Source: Longimicrobiales bacterium
GTDB lineage: Bacteria; Gemmatimonadota; Gemmatimonadetes; Longimicrobiales; Gaopeijiaceae
DNA: 64,000 nucleotides
Reading direction: 5' to 3'
NCBI GenBank assembly: GCA_963422615.1
Contig: OY730414.1
Span: 1,346,302 to 1,410,301, forward strand
Shown: positions 10,975 through 21,026 of the stretch, one piece after another
Numbering within the stretch: position 1 is the first letter of the stretch
Layout: every line of letters starts with the position of its first letter
Translations under genes and position numbers: made by a program
Notes under the pieces: generated by a model
The model's input: the letters and a program-made list of their open reading frames with translations, nothing else
Database searches by the model: none
What the model was told of the DNA's origin: nothing

Positions 10975-11899
10975 ATGGCTCCGAACTTTGCCCGATTCGT
11001 TACGAACCCCTGGAGAACCGCCTGCTACAACCGATGCAAGCCTTCGACCCGAAAGCGCATGGACAGCGCGCTTCGCACCCAGCTTCTTCCCGTCTTTGGA
11101 TCTTTGCGTCTGGACGAAATCAACCGGGTGGCCGTGCTCCGGTGGTTCGACGGATACAGCCGAACCGCGCCGGCGGGTGCGAACCGTACCCTGGACATCC
11201 TGCGGCAGATCCTCAACTACGGCATCGAGTGTGGCCATTTGGAATCGAACCCGGCCTGCGGTGTAAAACGCAATCCCAGGCCGAAGGTCACTCGTTTTCT
11301 CTCGAAAGACGAAGTGGCCCGTGTCCACGCAACCATTGACGCCCACCGGGGCCGCGGCTCCCGGTCGCCAAGCAAGCCGACATCATTCGCCTGTTGCTGT
11401 GGACGGATGCCGCAAGGGCGAAATCCTGAATCTGCAGTGGAAGGAAGTGGACGGCAGCGTACTGCGTTTGACCGACAGCAAGACGGGACCCAGAACCGTC
11501 CTTCTTGAGCAAGGAGGCGCAAGCCGTACTTGGCCGCCAGCCGCCTAGCGAAGGTCCCTACGTCTTCCCATCCCTTCTTGATCGTCGCGTCCCGTTCAAG
11601 CGAGCTTTCCCTATGGCGAAAGGTCCGACGCGAAGCCCGAATCCAAGATGTTCGGCGGTGCACACCTCCGGCATACGTTCGCCAGCTACGCCGCCCATGT
11701 GCCGGTGAATCCCGCTGGCCCGTCGTTTGCAGAAAGCTCGGCTTACGGTTGGCCGCCTTCCTTCATGGCCCTACGCTATATTCACATTGATGATCGGGGG
11801 CCAAAGAAGCCGCAGAGCGGATTGGCAGGGACATCGCCGAGCTACTGGACCCGAATGCGGAAGAATCGCGATTCCGGAACGCATCAACAAGGCGCCTAG
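10975..11899 (+). pseudogene. Second tyrosine recombinase (paralog of 10068-10970) disrupted by at least 3 frameshifts
   Basis: The N-domain (VLRWFDGYSRTAPAGANRTLDILRQILNYG) is in ORF 10975-11508. Box I CRKGEILNLQW...LTDSKTGPRTVLL is in the frame of 11321-11548. GPYVFPS is in 11505-11708. HLRHTFASYAA is in 11648-11899. Confidence 0.75.
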
Positions 11900-11961
11900 G
11901 CTCCGCGCCTGTATCTGTCGGTGACCCAAGGTAGATCGGCAAGGACGTCGACGAGCCGACG

Positions 11962-14900
11962 GTGGCGCCAGACGCTCATACCCACCCCTGCTTAAACGAA
12001 ATGAACCAGGATAAATCACCCGGTGAAAACACGCAAGAAGCTGATCGAAGTCGCACTGCCCAGTGGATTCCAATCAATGTAGCGGGGGCGCTAGAGAAGT
12101 CGATTCGGCACGGGCACCCGTCAACGTTGCACCTGTGGTGGTCACGCAAGCCACTGGCCGTAGCCCGGGCGGTAATTTTCGCCCAGGTCGTAGATGACCC
12201 GTCCGAGTACGTCAACGCGTTACTGTCGGACCCGGTGACGCTTCGGGAAGCCCAACGGATACTCGTCCGCAGCGCCGAACGGTCAAGGGACGCCAGGCGG
12301 CGTATGCAAGCCGGGAAGACGAGAGGGAGGCCCTGCGGGAGATCGCCGCCGAGCGTGAGCGGGGGCGGTTGTTTCGGATGATTGAGGAGTTGGTGAGGTG
12401 GGAGAACACGAACAACGAGAGGGTGCTTGAAGAGGCTAGGAGTGAGATCTGGCGGAGTTGGGGGCGGGCGTGTGCCGAGAACGGGGATCATCCCAGGGCC
12501 AGGGAGTTGTTTGATTCCGAGAAGTTGCCTGCTTTTCACGATCCATTTGCGGGGGGTGGGGCGCTGCCGTTGGAGGCACAGCGGCTGGGGCTGGAGTCGC
12601 ACGCGAGCGATCTGAATCCGGTAGCGGTGCTGATCTGCAAGGCGATGATCGAGGTACCGCCGAGGTTTGCGGGTCGGGGGCCGGTGAACTCGGAGGCGCG
12701 CGCGGACGCGACGCTGGTTGAGAAGACGTGGTCCGGGGCGCAGGGGTTGGCGGAGGACGTGCGGCGGTACGGGGGTTGGATGCGGGAGGAGGCGGCGAAG
12801 CGGATCGGGCATTTGTATCCGCCGGTCGAGGTGACGCCGGAGATGGTGCGGGAGCGGCCGGACCTGAAGCCGTATGCGGGGCGGAAGCTGACGGTGATCG
12901 CGTGGTTGTGGGCGCGGACGGTGAAGAGTCCGAACCCTGCGTATGGGGATGTGGAGGTGCCGCTGGCGTCGACGTGGATGCTGTCGACGAAGAAGGGGAA
13001 GGAGGCGTACGTCGAGCCGGTGATCGAGGGGAAGGGATACCGGTTCACGGTGAAGGTGGGAACGCCGCCGGATGTGGACGCGGCGAAACGGGGGACATCA
13101 GCCGGCAAACGACGCGCGTTTCGCTGCCTCATGTCAGGAGTGGGTCTGCCGTACGAGCACATTCGAGGGGAAGGCAAAGCTGGGCGCATGAGTGCGCGGT
13201 TGATGGCAGTGGTGGCGGCGGGAGTTCGGGGAAGGGTGTATCTGTCACCGTCGGCGGAGCATGAGACGATCGCTCGCCAAGCGAATCCGACTTGGAAGCC
13301 GGACATACCGTTGCCCGACAATCCGCGAGACTTCAAGACTCCCAACTACGGTCTTCCCGCTTTCGCCGACCTCTTCACGCCCCGCCAGCTGGTTGCCCTG
13401 ACGACCTTTTCCGATCTGGTGGGGGAAGCGCGAGAGCGGATCCGCCGAGACGCTGTCGCCACCGGCTTCCCTGACGACGGCAAGCCGCTGCGCGACGGTG
13501 GCAGGGGCGCGACGGCCTATGCCCAGGCGGTGTCCCTGTATCTGGCGTTCGCATTGACAAGTGTGCGGATCACTGGTCAAGCATCTGTTCGTGGGATGTC
13601 GGGCTACGTCAAGATTCGAAACACGTTTGGCAGGCAGGCTATTCCGATGATGTGGGATTTTGCGGAAGCCAACCCATTTTCCGGATCGAGCGGCAACTGG
13701 ACCGGCCAGGTCGCATGGGTCGCAAAGGCCCTGGGCGCGTTCCCTCGCGGCCCAGCCGGCATGGCGACACAGATTGACGCAACGAGCCAGGCGGCGGCCG
13801 GTCCCGAAGTCATCTCCACCGACCCACCCTACTACGACAACATCGGCTACGCGGACCTGTCGGACTTCTTCTACGTCTGGCTGCGCCGCTCCCTGCGGCC
13901 GATGTTCCCGACCTGTTCGCCACGCTTGCTGTGCCCAAGGCCGATGAGCTGGTCGCCACGCCCTACCGCCACGGCAGCAAACAGGCGGCGGAGCGCTTCT
14001 TCCTGAGCGGAATGACCCGGGCGCTGGCTCGACTTGCGGAGCAATCCCACCCGGCCTTCCCGGTTACCATCTACTACGCCTTCAAGCAGTCCGAAACAAG
14101 AAGAAAATCCGGAACCGCCTCCACGGGCTGGGAGACCTTCCTGGGCGCCGTCATCGAATCGGGACTCGCCATAAACGGCACCTGGCCGATGCGGACCGAG
14201 CTGACCAACCGGATGGTGGGCATGGGCACCAACGCCCTCGCCTCCAGCATCGTCCTGGCCTGCCGAAAGCGAGCCGAAGACCTGCCCCTGGCGACCCGCC
14301 GGGAGTTCCTGGAGACCCTCCGCACCGAACTCCCCCCGGCCCTGCGCATCCTCCGGTCCGGCGGCATCGCACCGGTGGACTTGGCCCAGGCCGCCATCGG
14401 CCCCGGCATGGCCATATACACTCGCTACGAGAAGGTGCTCGACGCCAGTGGGAAGCCGATGACGGTTCGCGAAGCCCTGGCGCTCATCAACCAGATCCTC
14501 GACGAGTCGCTGGCGGAGCAGGAAGGGGAATTCGACCGAGCCACCCGCTGGGCACTTGCCTGGTTCGAGGAACACGGCTTCGAGGAAGGAGATTTCGGCG
14601 GGGCCGAAACGCTTTCGAAAGCCAAGAACACCAGTATCGCCGGACTGGTAAAAGTCGGCATCCTGGCGTCCCGTGCCGGCCGAGTCCGTCTGCTGCGCCC
14701 TTCCGAGTTGCCCGACGACTGGGACCCGTCTGCTACCGACCCGCCGACCGTCTGGGAAGTGGTTCACCAGCTCATCCGAGCGCTGGAAAGCGAGGGCGAA
14801 ATGGCTGCGGCAAAACTTGTCGAACGCCTAGGCAGCGTCATCGGTAACGCCCGTGACCTCGCGTACCGCCTCTACTCCATCTCAGACCGAAAGAAGAGGG

Positions 14901-15001
14901 CCGCGGAAGCCCTGCAGTACAACGGCTTGGCCGGGAGCTGGACCGAGATCAAGAACCAGGCCGCAAAAGCTCAGCAGACCGAATTCGAGATGGATTCGTG
15001 A
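11962..15001 (+). pseudogene. DUF1156-family N6-adenine DNA methyltransferase copy B; complete N- and C-termini but frameshifted near 12060, 13560-13620 (two compensating indels) and ~13905
   Basis: ORFs 11962-12381 ([46 protein letters not shown]), 12369-14006 and 13931-15001 together cover the full DUF1156 length including the conserved C-terminus (...YNGLAGSWTEIKN). Relative to copy A, a 1-nt deletion (cccggacctg to cccgacctg) shifts the frame after [13 protein letters not shown]. Confidence 0.7.
12310..14431. repeat. Right arm of the ~2.15-kb inverted repeat
   Basis: Reverse complement of 7426-9590; the central >1 kb is 100% identical. Confidence 0.9.
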
Positions 15002-15156
15002 ACAGTACTGCCCGCAACCGCCCAAACGGTCGGGCTGGCAAGACTTGTCAGCCTGATGGATGAGGGCGCGTTCACCGAGCTTTCAGGCGATACTTGACGG
15101 CATTGACCGCCTTGGCTCGTCCCCTTCACCCGCCAACCAAGACTGACTGACCCAAT

Positions 15157-18100
15157 ATGGCTCTAACCAATCATGAACGCGTCGGGAAGGCGATGGCGCT
15201 TCTCCGCGCCGGCCTGGCCCCCTTCGTCGAGCGCGAAATCAAGGCCGCCCACCCCCCTGCCGTCACCCCGGCCCGCGAGGCCTACCGGTACCTGAACGAC
15301 CGCAAGATCACGGCCGAGCCGATCCCGGAGTGGGACGTCCACGCGTTGCTTCGGCTCATGTGGGAGGCATGGAACCGAGTCTTCGGGAAGACGCTGGGCA
15401 GCGCCGAGCGCAACTACGTTTCCGAACTCCGCGCCGCCCGGAATGCTTGGGCCCACCAGCGGAGCTTCACCAGTGACGACGCCCACCGCGCCCTTGATTC
15501 CACATACCGGCTGCTGACCTCGATCTCGGCGCCTCAGGCTGCGGACGTTGAGAAGATGAAGATGGAGCTCCTCCGGCTTCGCTTCAATGAACAGGCCCGC
15601 CACGTGCGGCGCCAGGGTGCTCAGACGGCGCTCAAGATCGGGGCCACGTCTTCCTTGCCCGCCTGGCGGGACGTGGTGTCGCCCCACCCGGATGTCCAGC
15701 GCGGCGACTACAAGCAGGCCGAGTTCGCGGCCGACCTCTGGCAGGTCTACAAGAACGACGCCTCGGACGAATACCGTGATCCGGCCGAGTTCTTCCGGCG
15801 CACCTACCTGACCGAGAGCTTGCGCGCCATGCTGGTGGGCGCGGTGACGCGGCTCACCTCGGGCCGGGGTGACCCGGTCATTCAGCTCCAGACCAACTTC
15901 GGCGGAGGCAAGACCCACTCTATGCTCGCCCTGTACCACCTGTTTTCGGGTACCCCGCCCACGCGTCTGGCTGGGGTGGACGCGCTCATGGGGGAAGCCC
16001 GGGTCGATGGACTTCCACGGGTTCGCCGGGTCGTCCTGGTCGGCACCAAGATCTCGCCCGCCAGTCCCCAAAAAAAGCCGGACGGCACGGTCGTTCGCAC
16101 CCTGTGGGGAGAACTCGCCTGGCAGCTGGGCGGCCGGGATGCCTACCGTAGGATCGCCGACGACGACGAGAAGGGCACCAGTCCGGGCGATGCCCTCCGG
16201 GGCCTGTTCAACGACTTCGGGCCGTGCGTGGTGCTCATTGACGAATGGGTGGCCTACGCCCGGCAGCTTCACGATCGCAGCGACCTTCCCGCCGGCAGCT
16301 TCGAGACGCAGTTCACGTTTGCCCAGACGCTGACCGAATCCGTAAAGGCCGCGTCCAACTGCCTGCTCGTGATCAGCCTTCCTGCATCCGATGCGGCGCC
16401 CTCTCCCCAGACGCAGGCGGACGACGTCGAAGTCGGCGGAGTTCGCGGCCGGGAAGCGCTGGACCGGCTGAGCAACGTCGTGGGCCGGCTGGAGTCCGCC
16501 TGGCATCCCGCGAGCGCGGAGGAGGGCTTCGCGATCGTCCGGCGACGCCTCTTCACGTCCATGGACGATGAGGGCCAAAAGCAGCGCGACGTCGTTGCGA
16601 GGACATTCTTCGACTTCTACCGAAGGCAACAACAGGAATTCCCGGTCGAGTGCCGCGACTCCGACTACGAGCGCCGGCTGAAGGAGGCGTACCCGATCCA
16701 CCCCGAGGTCTTCGATCGGCTCTACGAGGACTGGTCCACGCTTCTGAGATTCCAGCGCACGCGCGGCGTTTTGCGCCTGATGGCCACCATCATCCACAGC
16801 CTCTGGGAGAAGGGGGACCGGAGTCCTTTGATCCTCCCGTCCCTGGTGCCGATCGACGACCGGCGGGTCCGCTCCGAGCTCACGAGCTACCTGCCGGACC
16901 GATGGGTGCCGATCATCGAGTCGGACGTGGACGGCCCCAACTCCCTTCCGCTTCGTATAGACAAGCAGTACAGCAACCTGGGCAAACTGACCGCCTGTCG
17001 CCGCGTGGCCCGGACGGTGTACTTGGGCTCCGCGCCGCTGAAGGATGCGGCCAAGAAGGGCATGGACGACCGCCGCGTGAAGCTGGGTTGCGTGTTGCCC
17101 GGGGAGTCGGCCGCGATCTTCGGGGACGCGCTGCGTCGGCTGGCCGGGGAAGCGACGTACCTGTACCAGGACGGCCCCCGCGTCTGGTATGACACACAAC
17201 CCACCGTGACCAAGCTCGCGCGGGACCGGGCCGCGCAGCTGGAAGGCGCTCCCGCCAGGGTTTCCGAGGAGATCAAGCGCCGCGTGCAGGCGGATGCCAG
17301 CCGAAACCGAGGGGACTTCCACGGCGTCCACTGCTTCCCCCGGGAGGCGGCGGATGTTCCCGACCACCCCAGTGTCCGTTTGGTGATCCTGGGCGTAGAC
17401 GAGAGCTACATCAAGAGTGGCGAAAGCCCCGCCGAAGCTCGGGCCCGGGAACTGCTGGAGTCCCGAGGGACTGCTCCCCGTCTCTGCCGCAACGCGGTCG
17501 TGTTCCTGGCGCCCGACAAGACCCGGTTCCAGGATCTTGCGGCAACGGTCCGGATGTACCTCGCGTGGCAATCGATCGTCGCCGAAAAAGAATCCCTGAA
17601 CCTCGACCCCTTCCAGCTTAGGCAGGCCGAGAGCCGTCTTGACGACCAGGATGGCAGGGTGAAGGGCCAGATCCCGGAGGTCTTCCAGTGGCTTCTGGTG
17701 CCAGGTCAGGTCAAGCCCGAGTCCCCGGTAGAGTGGAAGGCGGTTCGCCTGACGGGACCGGGTGAGTTGGTGGTTCGGGCGAGCGCAAAGCTGAGGCGGG
17801 AGGACATGCTGGTCGACTGTTACGCGGGCACCCTTCTCAAGCTGGATCTCGACCGTATTCCTCTGTGGCAGGATCATGTGGAGGTACGGCAGCTGGCAGA
17901 CCACTATTCGAAGTACACCTACCTCCAGCGGGTCGGAGATCCTTCGGTCATCGCCAATGCCGTGCGGGAGGGAGTCGGCCTGTTGACCTGGGAGAACGAC
18001 ACGTTTGCCTACGCTGAGGGTTACGACGAAGAGAAGGGGCGGTACCTGGGGCTTAGGGCGGGGACCCATCTGCCGCCTTTGAGCCCGGAGGACAGGGGAT

Positions 18101-18486
18101 TGGTGGTCCGTTCCGCGATTGCTCGGGAGCAGCTGGACAAAGAGGTCGTGGGTCCGCCCCCGCCCCCCGAGAACGGCGTCGATACGGATTCCCGGCCACC
18201 ATCCTCCCCGGACGACAGTGAAGGGCCGTCCCTCCCTCCCCCCCTCCGGCCAAAGAAGCGCTTCTACGGGAACGTGGCCGTCGACCCGGTCCGGTCCGCA
18301 GGGGCCGTAGGACAGATTGCAGAGGAGGTGGTGTCGCATCTGGTTGCCTTGGTTGGCGCAAAAGTGGATGTGACCCTGGAGATCGAGGCCAAGATCCCGG
18401 ATGGCGCGCCGGAGCACGTCGTGCGGACTGTCACCGAGAATGCCCGAACGTTGGGATTCGGGAGTTTCGATTTCGAGGAGGAATAG
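15157..18486 (+). CDS. DUF499-family P-loop ATPase with N-terminal Swt1-like HEPN domain (partner of the DUF1156 methyltransferase)
   Basis: HEPN Rx4H motif LRAARNAWAHQ near the N-terminus. P-loop QTNFGGGKTHSMLALYHL and Walker B CVVLIDEWVAY. 1109-aa ORF. The antisense 1084-aa ORF 15163-18417 is a GC artefact. Confidence 0.85.
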   Translation: MALTNHERVGKAMALLRAGLAPFVEREIKAAHPPAVTPAREAYRYLNDRKITAEPIPEWDVHALLRLMWEAWNRVFGKTLGSAERNYVSELRAARNAWAHQRSFTSDDAHRALDSTYRLLTSISAPQAADVEKMKMELLRLRFNEQARHVRRQGAQTALKIGATSSLPAWRDVVSPHPDVQRGDYKQAEFAADLWQVYKNDASDEYRDPAEFFRRTYLTESLRAMLVGAVTRLTSGRGDPVIQLQTNFGGGKTHSMLALYHLFSGTPPTRLAGVDALMGEARVDGLPRVRRVVLVGTKISPASPQKKPDGTVVRTLWGELAWQLGGRDAYRRIADDDEKGTSPGDALRGLFNDFGPCVVLIDEWVAYARQLHDRSDLPAGSFETQFTFAQTLTESVKAASNCLLVISLPASDAAPSPQTQADDVEVGGVRGREALDRLSNVVGRLESAWHPASAEEGFAIVRRRLFTSMDDEGQKQRDVVARTFFDFYRRQQQEFPVECRDSDYERRLKEAYPIHPEVFDRLYEDWSTLLRFQRTRGVLRLMATIIHSLWEKGDRSPLILPSLVPIDDRRVRSELTSYLPDRWVPIIESDVDGPNSLPLRIDKQYSNLGKLTACRRVARTVYLGSAPLKDAAKKGMDDRRVKLGCVLPGESAAIFGDALRRLAGEATYLYQDGPRVWYDTQPTVTKLARDRAAQLEGAPARVSEEIKRRVQADASRNRGDFHGVHCFPREAADVPDHPSVRLVILGVDESYIKSGESPAEARARELLESRGTAPRLCRNAVVFLAPDKTRFQDLAATVRMYLAWQSIVAEKESLNLDPFQLRQAESRLDDQDGRVKGQIPEVFQWLLVPGQVKPESPVEWKAVRLTGPGELVVRASAKLRREDMLVDCYAGTLLKLDLDRIPLWQDHVEVRQLADHYSKYTYLQRVGDPSVIANAVREGVGLLTWENDTFAYAEGYDEEKGRYLGLRAGTHLPPLSPEDRGLVVRSAIAREQLDKEVVGPPPPPENGVDTDSRPPSSPDDSEGPSLPPPLRPKKRFYGNVAVDPVRSAGAVGQIAEEVVSHLVALVGAKVDVTLEIEAKIPDGAPEHVVRTVTENARTLGFGSFDFEEE

Positions 18487-18814
18487 CCGCGGCGGTCAGG
18501 CGGTCGTCCAGTCCGAACGTTCTTCTCAGGTCGTGCCGGATGCCTTGAACGGATCCACGACCTTGACTTGGGGCCAGGGGTGCTGTTGCCATTCGGCCCC
18601 CAAGCCAATTTTCGGCTCGTAGCTGTCTGTCTGGTTCCGTGGCGTCCCGCTCCCCGAGCCAGCGCCGTCTTTGCCGGAACCAGAGACTCCCCGGCGGCTC
18701 CGGTCCGGAACGCCCCCGCCCGGAATTCACCTCCAGGCCCAGGGAACGCGGGAACCCCGGACGGCGGACAATAAGGGGATTCCCGGCGTTGAGCTTAACC
18801 CCCGCGGAAGCCCT

Positions 18815-18834
18815 AGGAACAAAGTGACGTTCCT
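18815..18834. promoter_or_regulatory. Inverted repeat AGGAAC-N8-GTTCCT in the 570-bp non-coding region between the island and the thiolase operon (candidate operator)
   Basis: Perfect 6-bp arms seen directly in the sequence, with no T-run after it. It lies ~230 bp upstream of the thiolase GTG start. Confidence 0.25.
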
Positions 18835-19060
18835 GTTACGTTTAACTGTTGTGCGCCCCAAACGGCAGGATGTCCGGGCTCCGGACCCTATCTGTATCCG
18901 GGGCCCAGGGCGAATCTTCCCGGCGAAGCGATACGATCGCCCGCCGCCGGCGCGCACCACCGGAGAAGTTGCCCTGAAAACGATCACGCGGCCCGCCTTG
19001 AGTCGAGGGGGAATCGTCGTTTTCTACCGACGACGGGCTGGAAATACAAGGAACCTCTGA

Positions 19061-20284
19061 GTGGCGAACTCCGCGCACGCCGCCAAGACGCCGGTGATTC
19101 TGGGGGGTGTGCGGACCCCCATCGGACGGTTTCTGGGAGGGCTAAGCCCCCTTTCAGGTCCCCAACTGGGCGCCATTGCGGTGCGCGAAGCGGTGACCCG
19201 TTCCGGGGTTGATCCGTCGGACATCGACGAAGTGATCCTGGGCAACGTGGTGAGCGCAGGTGCGGGCCAGGCCCCGGCCCGTCAAGCCGCCGTGAACGGA
19301 GGGGTGCCGTCGAGGGTCCCCGCCGTCACCGTGAACAAGGTGTGCGGCTCGGGGCTCAAGGCCGTCATGCTCGCGGCCCAGGCGGTGCGCGCAGGGGACG
19401 CCCGGCTGGTCGTGGCCGGCGGCTTCGAATCCATGTCCAACGTGCCCTACTACGCGCGGGGCATGAGGAGGGGCGTGAAGTTCGGGGACCGAACCCTTCA
19501 GGACGGTCTGGTCCACGACGGCCTATGGTGCTCCTTCGGCGGCTGCCACATGGGCGGACACGCGGAATACACGGCCGCCAAGGCGGGCATCACGAGGGCC
19601 CAGGCCGACGCGTACGCGCTTGCCTCCCATGAGAAGGCCGTGGCCGCCATGGACCAGGGGAAATTCCGGGCCGAGAGCGTGCCGGTACCCGTGGCGACCC
19701 GGCGCGGCACCGGGGCCGTGGATACGGACGAGGGCCCCCGGCGGGACACGTCCATCGAGGCGTTGGCCCGGCTGCGTCCGGCCTTTCCGAACGATGCGCC
19801 CGAGGGACTGGACGAGATGGTTGTGACGGCGGGCAACGCGCCGGGTCTGAATGACGGTGCGGCTGCGCTGGTCGTGGCCAGCTTGGCGTACGCCCTGGCC
19901 CACGGCCTTTCCTATCGGGCCGTCATCACCGGATATGCCTCGGGTGGCACCGAGCCCCGGGACCTCTTTTTCGCTCCGGCTCGGGCGGTGCGGAACATGA
20001 CGAAGCGGGAGGGTACGACGGTAGGCGACTACGGTCTGTTCGAGGTGAACGAAGCCTTCGCAGTCCAGGCCATTGCCAATATACGAGCGCTTGGGCTGGA
20101 CCCGAATCGCGTGAACGTCCGAGGTGGGGCCATTGCGCTGGGCCACCCAATCGGCGCGTCCGGCGCCAGGATCCTCGTGACTCTTCTGGCCGCCATGGCT
20201 GAACGGAACGTGGAAAAAGGCGTGGCCACCCTTTGTCTGGGCGGGGGCAACGCCGTCGCCTTGGCCGTGGGAATGAACAACTGA
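19061..20284 (+). CDS. Acetyl-CoA C-acyltransferase (thiolase)
   Basis: [17 protein letters not shown] active-site Cys region; C-terminal [25 protein letters not shown]; GTG start. Confidence 0.9.
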   Translation: MANSAHAAKTPVILGGVRTPIGRFLGGLSPLSGPQLGAIAVREAVTRSGVDPSDIDEVILGNVVSAGAGQAPARQAAVNGGVPSRVPAVTVNKVCGSGLKAVMLAAQAVRAGDARLVVAGGFESMSNVPYYARGMRRGVKFGDRTLQDGLVHDGLWCSFGGCHMGGHAEYTAAKAGITRAQADAYALASHEKAVAAMDQGKFRAESVPVPVATRRGTGAVDTDEGPRRDTSIEALARLRPAFPNDAPEGLDEMVVTAGNAPGLNDGAAALVVASLAYALAHGLSYRAVITGYASGGTEPRDLFFAPARAVRNMTKREGTTVGDYGLFEVNEAFAVQAIANIRALGLDPNRVNVRGGAIALGHPIGASGARILVTLLAAMAERNVEKGVATLCLGGGNAVALAVGMNN

Positions 20285-20295
20285 CGGAAGATACG

Positions 20296-20970
20296 ATGAC
20301 CGACTCCGAAGCAAACGCCGAACCCGCCCGCAGCGACGCCACCGGCCGGCCATTGACCGTCGTCGCCGCCTCGCCTTCTCTGGCAAGGCCGCCCTCCCTG
20401 GCGTCGCCGTCCTCTGTCGTCGCCCACCGCCTCGCCGAAATCCCCCACCACATCCGGGTTCCGGTGGCGGTCTTCCTCTTCTCCGTGCTGACAGCCCTGG
20501 GGGCCTACGCGGCGATCCCTCTTGGGTTCACGCCGGTCCCCATGACCCTGCAGACCCTTTTCGTCCTTTTGGCGGGCGCCGTCCTGGGGCCCGTGGCGGG
20601 GGCTTCGTCCCAGCTCCTCTACCTGGGCCTCGGGTTGATGGGCATGCCCGTATTCGCGATGGGGGGGGCGGGGTTGGCCTGGGTCTTCGGTCCCACGGGG
20701 GGCTACTTGATGTCCTTCCCGATGGCCGCACTGCTGGTGGGCTGGATTGCGGGTCGGGAGTGCACGCGGATCCGAACCGCGATTGCCCTGGTCGTCGGGA
20801 CCGGCGCGATCTTCGCGCTTGGGGCGAGCTGGCTTTCGGTGGGGATGGACGGCACGGGCGCCGAGATCTTCGCCTCGGCGGTTCAGCCATTCCTGCCCGG
20901 AGCGGCGGTCAAGGCCGCCATCGCCTTTATCGTCATCCGCCAGGTCTTGGCGAGGGGCCGGGGCCGCTGA
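20296..20970 (+). CDS. bioY: BioY-family biotin transporter (ECF S-component)
   Basis: [26 protein letters not shown]...[10 protein letters not shown] is typical of BioY. ATG 20296 lies 12 nt after the thiolase stop; the maximal ORF from 20233 overlaps the thiolase gene. Confidence 0.8.
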   Translation: MTDSEANAEPARSDATGRPLTVVAASPSLARPPSLASPSSVVAHRLAEIPHHIRVPVAVFLFSVLTALGAYAAIPLGFTPVPMTLQTLFVLLAGAVLGPVAGASSQLLYLGLGLMGMPVFAMGGAGLAWVFGPTGGYLMSFPMAALLVGWIAGRECTRIRTAIALVVGTGAIFALGASWLSVGMDGTGAEIFASAVQPFLPGAAVKAAIAFIVIRQVLARGRGR

Positions 20971-21026
20971 AGGGGGGCCGACGGGGTTCGTCCGGCGGGA
21001 GCGGAACGACGATAGAGCGCGTTGGG

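Larger units (their letters stand above)
9620..12300. mobile_element. Recombinase cassette enclosed by the inverted methyltransferase repeats (putative invertible segment or inserted element)
   Basis: Two adjacent tyrosine-recombinase genes (one intact, one decayed) lie between inverted copies of the same gene. This architecture matches recombinase-driven inversion loci. Confidence 0.4.

Noticed and set aside
15163-18417. 1084-aa minus-strand ORF
   Set aside because: It is antisense to the DUF499 gene, which has a clear HEPN motif, P-loop and Walker B. The antisense translation is R/G/P-rich with no motifs.
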